In this document: one piece after another, positions 52,201 to 61,622 of the stretch
How the letters are laid out: each line of letters begins with the position of its first letter
How positions within the stretch are numbered: position 1 is the stretch's first letter
Assembly (NCBI RefSeq): GCF_000002075.1
Contig: NW_004797271.1
Location: 879,204-943,203, forward strand
From: Aplysia californica
Taxonomy: Eukaryota
Direction of reading: 5' to 3'
Length of the DNA stretch: 64,000 nucleotides
Notes under the pieces: generated by a model
The model's database searches: none
What the model saw: the letters and a program-made list of their open reading frames with translations, nothing else
What the model was told of the DNA's origin: nothing
Program-made: the position numbers and the translations under genes

Positions 52201-55200
52201 CAAGGAGCCCGAAATCGAAGCGCCCTCAAACAGAAGGAGCAGGAGAACACCAACGTCAAGCGCCAGCGCCAGGTGGAATTGGCCCAACGGAGGGACCGCA
52301 CAGATCGGAAGAAGGTGGAGGTCACAGACTTCCTCACAACAGGAACTGAGGGAGACCTTTTCTGTGACCTTTCTGAAGACATGGTCCACCTTTTTCATTC
52401 CATCAAAAACACTGACTCTGCTGCGGTCAGTGGGGTGAAGTGTACTCACACCTGGGATGTGGATGGAGAGGATGTCATATTCCAAGCAGAATTGCTACGT
52501 TTTGAGACATTCAAGCGGAAGCCTTGCCTCGTAATAACGTACCAAGAGGACGCCACAACAGCTTCTACAGAGAGCAAAATCCCCGTCTCTGAATTTTTTA
52601 CGGATGCTCTCTTTAACGATGTGACATTGTTGTAGGCTTCCGCTTGAACATCCTCTCTATTCACATTTCTTCACCCTCACCTCCATTCCCCCGCCCCCCT
52701 AAATTCCAGTGGCGGACACTTGTTCTCCTTGACTCATTAAATTCCTCTTCTGTGTTGCCACCTGTGCCTTTCTTTCGGATTATTATTTTCGACTTTTCGA
52801 TTGGATTACAAACTGCGAGGGGTAAGTACTCTGTGTACACTGTGTTCTTTGTTCTTTGTGTTGTGTGTAATACTACAGGTCACCAAGCCAAGAGAGAAGT
52901 ACTAACTCTGTGTTCCTGTTGTGAGGAGTACTAACGATCAGCATCATTCTGGTATCATCTTGTCACACGGTCAGCCCTGATTACATCACAAACCTTTTGC
53001 CTTAGGCATACCTTGTGTCTGTATCCACTCACATAAAAGCAGCCTTTATGTACCAAAGTATACACCATTGCTCCAGGAGATAACGTGCAAAATTTGAAGC
53101 AATTATCTTTAAAAAATGTGGAAGTTATGAATGATTTTGTAATTTTTCTGAGCGAAAGTGAGCCAAATCAACATGCAAATGAATTAATTTCTTTCAAAAT
53201 AAACCATTCACTTACCTGTTGCCCTGTTTATTGTTAATAACAGACAATAATGCCGTGGACCTGAAAAAATGATGCAGTTCCGAGCAGTATTTAAAAAGTT
53301 ACAGACATATTATGAGTTGCTGCCGTCATTTCGGTCACAAAAATTGAGTCATTAATAATACAAAGGCCATATATAGACAGTAAATTCCGATCATCAATTT
53401 ATCATAACTTTTGAACTAATTAAGATAGGAAGTTAATTCTAGTATCTTTGTAAAGCTCTTGAAAAGCTCTTTTTAATGATGTATGACACATAGGGGTAGT
53501 AGTATTTTGAATTTTTTGTCCAAGTGCCTACCTTGTGCAAAATCAGCAACAAAATAAAAATTACAAACAAAATACAAACCACAACCAACAACAACAACAA
53601 CAATGCGGCTTCTTTCGATTGGAACCTCAGATGGGAATGGTTAGTTTTCTTTATCTTGATCAGTCCTGCCTAAGACGACCACCTGTCTTATATTGCCACT
53701 TTTCTCCTTGACAATGGGTGGCCGTCTTACACTGGTTTGACTGTAAATATAAATATTCTCCATAGAACCTTGAAAAATAGGAACTTCACGAGGTCAGAGA
53801 ATTTCTTCATGTAAAGCAGCTTTTTGTGTGTTCAGGTAAGTTGCAGTGCACTGGATAAATAAAAAGGTTGAAAACCCCCCTGGGATTTGAAATCTTCTTG
53901 AGGTAACAGGAATTTCATTTTGAACAAAGTCTTCTATATATATATATATATATTATTTTTAAAAACTCCCCCCCCCAAAAAAAAAGGAAATAAAACAGCC
54001 CTTTACTTTTCCTACCATTATTCTAGTGGAACATTTTTATAGTATCTTTTTATTCTAACATTTCCAGTGGAACATTTCAATAATTTCTTATTGCTCTGAC
54101 ACTTCTCCTGCCATTATTCCAGTGGAACATTTCTCTTGTATCTTAATTTAGGTAGCGTGAACACGGCCTCGCGGGCACTTGCGGCCTTCCGACAGCGTGG
54201 TATCGGTGAAATCGGGGTAATTCCGATCGCTGTTTCTTTGCTCTTTCGCTATAAAACACCAAATGCCGTACACCTTGTAAAAGTTCAGCTTTTCCTCGTT
54301 ACAATGGTATAAGTTGTTTTTATGTCCGATTAGTAGGAGCTGGAGAATCGCCGACGAAAGCGAAGCCCCTCGCGGTCGGAATGCGTGGTCGGCCGGTTGA
54401 AAAATTGACACGGGTGCATTCAAATGCTTCGCGGAACGAGGGATGATTAAATATCGTCTTTTCATTGGCGGAGAACTGTAGAGCTTTAAACAGGCTTTCC
54501 CGTGGTATGTATTTGGCCATTGGCGTCTAAATAGAAAGCTTTAAAAAATACTGTCAAAATGTTTAAAGATCACTTTTTACACATATGTAAAATATCGGCT
54601 TAAAAACCATATCCAATAAAAGATCAGCTTATTTCCTATTAGAATAAAGTAATCAGCTTGGAATTATTTTTCATCAATCCTTCCGTGAGACTCAGAAAGC
54701 ATGTGACCCCGCACGCGGGGTACACTACAGTATACAGCCGACTCACTCACCGCAGGGCCCGGTGCGGCGCCGGCCGGGTCAACGCTTGGTGTTTTTGTCG
54801 AAATAACGACAGATCATCGTGTTTGAGGCGATAAAATACTGATTTGTAATGATCTCACAGTCTTGAAAAAAATTAGGCACCATATATTTGTTATAGTGAT
54901 TGTACTCTGTTAATGTGGAGATGTTTAGTGCTCTTGGTACTCTTTTATTGTCTGTCAAACATTGGGTTGCAGCCAGTGACTGACTTTAACAAATTTGATC
55001 AAATTTTAAACAACTACCATTTTCTTAAAAATTGACTGAGAGGTTAAAGAATGGTACAAAAATGCTCAGTGGATATAGGCCTTTCAAATGGAACAGATAA
55101 ATTTGGCATACAGCTACTTTGAAAATTTAATTTCTGGTACCTACTTAATTGTTCTTACTCTTCTTCTACTATTATCTCAGAGGAACATTCCTGTCACAAT

Positions 55201-57934
55201 TTATTGTTCTAACACTTCTCTCACCATTATTTCAGGGGAGCCTTTCTATCGTATCTTATTGCTCTAGCGCTTCTACTATTATTGCAGGAGAACATTTCTA
55301 CCGCATCTTTTTGTTCTAACACTTCTCCTATCATCTTTACAGTGGAACGTTTCGACCCGCGCAGCAATCGCTGGACGCCAGTGGCCCCGATGGGCACCAG
55401 GAGGAAGCACCTGGGCGTGGCCGTGTATCAGAACATGATCTACGCCGTGGGGGGCCGCGACGACACCACAGAACTCAGCAGTGCTGAGAGATACAACCCA
55501 CAGAAAAACGCCTGGGAGCCGGTGGTCGCAATGACCTCCAGGAGGAGTGGGGTCAGTTCCTTCATGCACAAATTAATTGCAGATGATGTGTTTTTGTGTT
55601 TGCAGTGCTTTTTGAGAATGTCAGTAGTTTTTTGTGGGGGGTGAAGAGTTGAGCTTCTTGGTGACAGCATACAGTGTTTGTTTGTCTGTTTCTCTTTCTC
55701 TCTGCTTGTATGTTTCTCATTTTTTGTTTTATGCTTCTCATTTTTCTAGGGGGTTTTTGCTTCCCATTCTCTCTTTCCATTATTTGATTTATACTACTCT
55801 CATTTTTTCTATTTTTATGTTTTTAATTTTGATCAATTTAACACTTCTGATTCTTGTTCACCAATTTCATGTTCTAGGCCAGGAAAGTGGGCCTTTTGAT
55901 TTCTTGAACTTGCTCTATTTTTGTGTTGTTTACGAAATCCGGTCTGGTTTTTGTTGTTGTCTGTGCTGCAACGTCAAGTCTATTTTTGTGTTTTTTACGC
56001 TCTGAGATCTTGTTTATTTTGATGTTGTTTACGCTTTAATATCTGGTAAACTTTTTGGGGTGTTGTTTATGCTACAATACCTCCTTTTTGCTGCATCTCT
56101 TCTCCTTTCATATTTCTTAAAATAAAATCAATTGTAATTACAAATTGAGTAGCCTATAATCTCCTATGTAATTTTTGTGAGTTTGTTACAGAGATGCCAA
56201 CCACAGAAGACCGAAATGAGTATTGGGAAATATGAAAATGTGTATTTTCAGGGGAAAATGTGTATTCCCCACGACCGACCGTCCAACTAGTAAAATGTTC
56301 ACTGTGTCCAGCAATATTTCCTGAAAAAAAATTACTAGCTAACCAGCTCGAAAAAGGGAGTACACACGCTTACAAATATACATGTGTCCAGTCAACAACA
56401 TGTTAGTGTTCAGTGTCGTACTGGGGTCTTGTTTGAAGTATTTCAGTCCATTATAATATTTTCGTCTCATTATTATATAAAAAATTAATCCTGCTTTGAG
56501 CATTCGAAAGGGTCTAGAACAAGAATTTCGACTATCAAGAACCAGTCTGGGTGTCAGAATTCATGTTATGAACTGACAGACTAAAGTTATTGCTCAACAA
56601 ACTCAGAGAAGAGCAATAACTTGAATGGCTCAAGTAGACCCAACAAGCACTGTGAGAGTTGTAACAACTGTGGGAGGGCAAGATGCAGTGACACTGAAAA
56701 TCTGCCAGTCTTGAAACAGAAAGCTACAACATACACGGTAGGTATAATTTACTATCACTATCACCCATCCAATGAAACACGAACACTTTATTTCAATAAC
56801 ACAGACTTGCAAAGTATGAAGGGTCCCGATTCCGCACACGGCCTGCACCAACACGCTCTTTGCAGAGAGCTCTAATCAAAATACTGAAATTGCTTCCAAG
56901 TTGTTGTCCTCTGGTGTGGCCTTCACACCCCCACCCTCCCCCCTCAGTGTATCTTTTCAAAAAAATCAATAATCCCCTCCCCTATTCCGTAGTCCTATAC
57001 TTCGCCGAGCCGTTACTCCCACTAAAGACGGTCTTTGCTCACACGATGCCGTATTTTTATGATGCGAATGCGCGCAGGGCATAGAATCTAGACCTGGCTA
57101 ATAATAGGTCTATGGCACAGGGTCACTGGCCGGTCACGATGGCGAGCCAGACAATCTAAAAATCGGACGACGCTTGTATTTTCTTTCCTTTTTTCCCCAC
57201 AAGTGACAGCACAGAGACGAGTTGGAGTATTGATTAAACTTCATTTGCATGACGACACAGTGTTTATACTGCACAACCTGCATGTCACAAATGTTGCGTT
57301 ATCAGACTACCACTAGCAAACTTCTTTGTGGTAACGAAAGCGAAAGTAGATCTTGAATTTCCCGATCGAGCCTCGGTGAAAGTGAAATATACTCTCGGAC
57401 GGGGAAAGGCTGAACTTACTGACCTTATCGGACTTGGTTTTCAAATATTCCAGTATACTGAAACTATTTTGACAAAAGATGGGACTTGAGATAATTAGGA
57501 TTACTCGTCCAAGCTGAATCTCGTATTTTTCGCATTCCAGGATGCGTATTTTTACATGAAAAGTCGTATTCGCGTATTTTCGGCAAAAAATCGTACTAAA
57601 ATACGTAAAATCGTACTGGTTGGCATCTCTGTTGTTATCTCCACTGCCTATGTCGTGAGTTTGCTGTCGCTCATGTCATGTCAAGGTCGTGAGATTGGAC
57701 ATGTGACCAGTGACACTCAAGCTTCCCTGTTTGTTTCTCCAGGTTGGTCTAGCAGTGGTCAATGGTCAACTGATGGCCATCGGTGGTTTTGACGGGACTA
57801 CCTACCTAAAGACTGTGGAGATCTATGACTCGGAGCAGAACTGTTGGCGGATTGTGGGAAGCATGAACTATCGCAGGCTAGGGGGCGGGGTTGGGGTGGT
57901 CAAGTTGCCACAGAATGACAGCCATCTTTGGTGA
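40220..57934 (+). CDS. KLHL20: Kelch-like protein 20 / diablo (BTB-BACK-6xKelch CUL3 adaptor); exons 40220-40477, 41025-41135, 41920-42069, 42634->42781 (end in gap), 43424-43634, 44103-44286, 44730-44873, 46630-46763, 55343-55551, 57743-57934
   Basis: All visible boundaries are GT-AG with consistent phases. Translation SDKHPRHTL...[12 protein letters not shown]...[13 protein letters not shown]...[16 protein letters not shown]...[16 protein letters not shown]...[15 protein letters not shown]...[19 protein letters not shown]...[14 protein letters not shown] is near-identical to recalled KLHL20/dbo. Confidence 0.96.
45160..46251 (-). mobile_element. Non-autonomous piggyBac element
   Basis: TTAA|CTCACTCACTGCCA ... 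TGGCAGTGAGTGAG|TTAA; decayed acidic N-terminal ORF remnant on the minus strand from ~45983. Confidence 0.88.
46894..47880. mobile_element. ~990 bp non-autonomous TIR element with 7-bp TSD (hATw-like), copy 1
   Basis: TAGGTAC...CTACCTA termini; TSD ATAAAAT/GTAAAAT (one mismatch); reverse-complement homolog of 54149-55143. Confidence 0.85.
48321..53530 (+). mobile_element. 5.2 kb hAT-related DNA transposon with 7-bp TSD (hATw-like)
   Basis: Short TIRs TAAGCACTT / AAGTGCCTA; perfect TSD CCTTGTG at 48314-48320 and 53531-53537; encodes a spliced DDE transposase. Confidence 0.85.
49265..52635 (+). pseudogene. Intron-containing DDE transposase (~920 aa reconstructed); exons 49263-50803, 51133-51383, 51653-52635; one in-frame TAG (49994-49996) and one +1 frameshift in a G run (~50287-50292)
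   Basis: Motifs LSWDATS (D), LTDRAAVN (D), NCNLHPLD (CxxH) and NMLSERTLG (E); GT-AG introns in matching phase (2, then 1). Confidence 0.85.
54149..55143. mobile_element. ~995 bp non-autonomous TIR element with 7-bp TSD (hATw-like), copy 2, inverted relative to copy 1
   Basis: TAGGTAG...GTACCTA termini; perfect TSD CTTAATT at 54142-54148 and 55144-55150. Confidence 0.88.
56189..57631. mobile_element. hAT-type non-autonomous element with 6-bp TSD
   Basis: CAGAGATGCCAACCA ... TGGTTGGCATCTCTG TIRs; TTGTTA on both flanks; CGTA-rich subterminal repeats. Confidence 0.8.
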
Positions 57935-59419
57935 TATTATGTTCAAGTCTTGCCTCGTATTTTGCTCATGAGGTATAGTGAAAGCCATCCTTGATGATGT
58001 GACTCAAGTTTTGTGATGTTATGCCAGTTGGGAAGAGTGATGGACATCTTTGGTGATATGACATTCGAGTTTTGCCCGTGTGAGACAGAGAGTATCAGTT
58101 GTGCTGATGTGACCATGCGATGTTCTGCAGCTACATTTATCAGAGGATTTCCTTTGAAATGGGGTGAAAAGAGTTTGGTTTTTGTTGGTGCAGGACTTTT
58201 GTTATGAAATGGTATTAGTGGGTGCTTTTAGGTTGTTTTTAAAAAAAATGACACATGTGTTTGAATGTTTGGGAAGGCTGAAACTTGAGAGAGAGATGAG
58301 ACTGGTTCTGATACTGATAGAAGCATTTATTTATGTCTGTTTGATTATAACCTGACCAAGTGCATTTTATTTTTTTGCAACGGCTTGTGATGTTGTAGAT
58401 TCTCGTTAATGTTTATGAACATGAAATGATGCGAGTTTCAGAACGGTGGCGCTATAGGTTTTCTCTGTCACTGCAGAATCTCTGTCTGTGAGAATGTGCC
58501 AGTGTCTTTGTACTACTATAGACATGCTCTCTCTATCATTCTGTCAACAGATATTCTCTTTGTGAGAATGTGTCAATGTCTTTATACTGCTTGTCATTCT
58601 CTGTCACGACAGACAACTCTCTTTGTCACAACAAACAACTCTGTCACAACAAACAACTCTCTCTGTCACAACAAACAACTCTCTCTGTGAGAATATGCCT
58701 GTGTCTTTATTCTGCTAGTCATTCTCTCTGTGTCGTTCTGTCACAACTGACAACTCTCTTTGTCTGTGAAAATGTGTCAGTGTCTTTATGCTACAACATA
58801 CATTCTCTCTCTATCTCAACAGTCTCTCCCCTTGTCTTAGTGAATGTGCCAAGTACCGGTATCACCACAGATGCTCTCATGACTCTCAGTGTCCGTAATT
58901 AGATCTGATTACCTTTTGTTGTTATTTTCATCTTGAGATATGCAGTATAACACGAATAGCTTGAATTCTTTGAGACCGGCTTCGGTAGTTCGAGGGATCC
59001 GTAGTTCAAGGGAGATCTTACAAAGATAAAGAAAAGAAAATGGGACCGCAGGCACAGTTGGACGGATGCGTGATTTCGATTCTTCTGTGTCGACCTATCC
59101 GTGTTATACTGTATATCCTTTCAGGCAGGCTATTATTAGTGCTAATCGTTTGTTGGTTCTACTCATTTATTTGTAGGTTCCTTCTTTTAAAAAAGCATGT
59201 GCACTGCGTTCCACGTTGGCTTTGTCTCAGACGCTTCAAACACACAGATGTCTGGGTGGAAATCCTATGAGCCAACTGGTATCCAGGCACTGTTTTGTCA
59301 AGTAGACCTACATGGTTTCGTTCTGTTCTGTAGATATTTGGTATTTCTGTGCAGTCAATCGGAGTGAGTTCATCTTGCTTCTTCCCTTTTTCGTGGTTCT
59401 GATTGTATGAGAAGAGCTA

Positions 59420-59790
59420 TAGACAAATGTCTGTGCACTTACAACTCCATACACAGATGTCTCTGAATTCAGAACTCTATTGATATGATAGACAGATGTC
59501 TGTGAATTCAGAACTTCATTGATCTGTAGACAGATTGTCTGTGAATTCAGAACACTATAGATCTATACGGTGCACAGATGTCTGTGAATTCAGAACACTA
59601 TAGATTTATACAGTACACAGATGTCTGTGAATTCAGAACTCTATAGATCTATACACAGATGTCTGTGGATTCAGAACACTATAGATTTATACACAGATGT
59701 CTGTCGATTCAGAACACTATAGATCTATACACAGATGTCTGTGAATTCAGAACTCTGTTGACAGACGATTGTGCACTCAGAATTCAAACA
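59420..59790. repeat. ~38-44 bp minisatellite in the presumed KLHL20 3' region
   Basis: ACAGATGTCTGTGAATTCAGAACWCTATAGATYTAT, about 8 copies. Confidence 0.9.
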
Positions 59791-61622
59791 GAATGGTTAA
59801 TGTACTCTGAACACTTGTGTCTTTTTCATTTTGTCCTTGTGTATTTTGAGTGTCCAGACATCCAAGACAAGTCTTTCTAGCAGACATTTGTCGTCTTATG
59901 CACATGTACATACCTTGTAAAAATGTTTTTTTTAAACTAAATGTTTTAATAAAAATTTACTCCATGATCCAAAAGAGTCAAGAGTTAACAATATCCAAGG
60001 TTTTTTAGTTGTTGTGTTTAGATTTAGTAGAGGTTTTACGGTGCTCGCAACTTCATAAGGTCATATGAGCGCCACAAGATTAGAAGTGTTACAAGAGAGT
60101 AACAAACATAAAAAAGAAGAAGGGGAGATAAGGACGATAGATGTTTTGATAGGAAAGAAGAAACAAACCACACCACACCAGAGCACCCGCCAATCACCCA
60201 CTAGTTGTGTATTTTTGAAAGTTTTACAGCACTTACAACACAAATAGAAGGCCACGCAAGTACATGTCAAAGATTTGAGATGTTACTGAAGAGTAATCTA
60301 AACAAAAAATAGGAGGAAAGATAAGAATGATAAATATTTGATAGGAAAGAAGGAGCAAACCGAACTACACCAGAGCACACACCAACCAACAATTGCTCCC
60401 ACTACCGACAAACAGTTATCTTCAGCACAAGGTGTGGACAGAAGAAATACAGACAAGGAGGTAATATAGAGTACTCATAACACGATATCTCCATTTCTTT
60501 TCCAATACCAGTATTTATTTTTTCATTTCCAGTGTAAAACATTTTCCACTGTATTGTATACATGGACAAAGAAGATTTAGAGAGAAGTCTCAGCTGTTCC
60601 ATCAAATGGGACAGGCTAAAGCACAGAGTCCCTGACAACAGAAGTGGAACAATTTCCTCTCTATGTGAAATAAATTCATTTTGTCGTTCTGGTGAGAAGT
60701 CCAAGCTGAACCTGAGCAACAAATTTCTCATCAAGACAACAGGGCTACAGTACTGAACCTCATGCAAATATCTCTACATTCACGCTGATTCCATAGACAC
60801 CACAAAACTCTTGATCGACTAAATGGACTCGAATTTATAAGAATGTAGACATTTTTAACCCCCCCCCCCTCCCCAATTAGAATCTGCATTATTTGGGGAA
60901 CTGGTTCCTCCAATCCTGCTTACTGTTATTTGTGTTTGTGTTGGGGCCAACCCTTGCTGAGAGGGAAACAACACCCCAGGACATTTACTGAGTCAGAGAT
61001 GCTCGATAAAACAACCTCCCCTTGTGGGGATCTAACTCACAGCTTCTACATATACAATGATAAAGAGCCGTATTCATTTCACGACTAATCACGACACGTG
61101 TCGATAAGAAAACTATTTCTATGAAATCAAAAGCGCCACACCAGATTTTTTCAAGACTTTCCACAGGCTGTTGGGTTGACAGAAAAAGGACAATGGTTAT
61201 AAAGTAGTCCCACCCAACCACCAGAACCGTTTCGTCAAGGTCACTTTGTCTGATGGTAGACTGACAGCAGTCACAAAAAATCCATATATAGAGAGAGAGA
61301 ACTTGGCCCGTTTTTTTTCTTACTTTCATAAAAATAAAATCAAATCTATTATGTCACAACTAAAGTGGAAAAAATCCCCCCACCCTCCTTGAATGCTATT
61401 CCCTGACTAATGACATGAAATAATAACTACTTACATCATAAGACATTATAATCCACAACAATGTTTTCTTTTTTGAGTGTCAGTGAAGCAGGTAACTTCA
61501 AAATACATGTGCATTAACATTAGTCGTATGAAAAGATGGGACAGGTTGCTGCGATGAAAAAAAAAAAGAATGTGGATGAAGGGGACGACGTGGTGAAAGT
61601 GAAAGAGCAATGAGGGGGGGCG

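Larger units (their letters stand above)
46794..53743. mobile_element. Tc1/mariner-type MITE (~740 bp) split by two nested insertions
   Basis: TA|CAGTCAAACC ... GGTTTGACTG|TA, inserted at the end of a (TA)n tract; removing the two inserts restores a copy of the 29713-30506 family. Confidence 0.85.

Noticed and set aside
52823-53000. Extra Cys-rich/PHD exon at the transposon 3' end
   Set aside because: A small GT-AG intron-like feature is present, but no convincing open frame or complete motif.
46894-55143. Single 8.2 kb composite transposon with 1-kb TIRs
   Set aside because: Each ~1 kb copy has its own distinct 7-bp TSD, and copy 2 lies outside the host MITE, so they are independent insertions.
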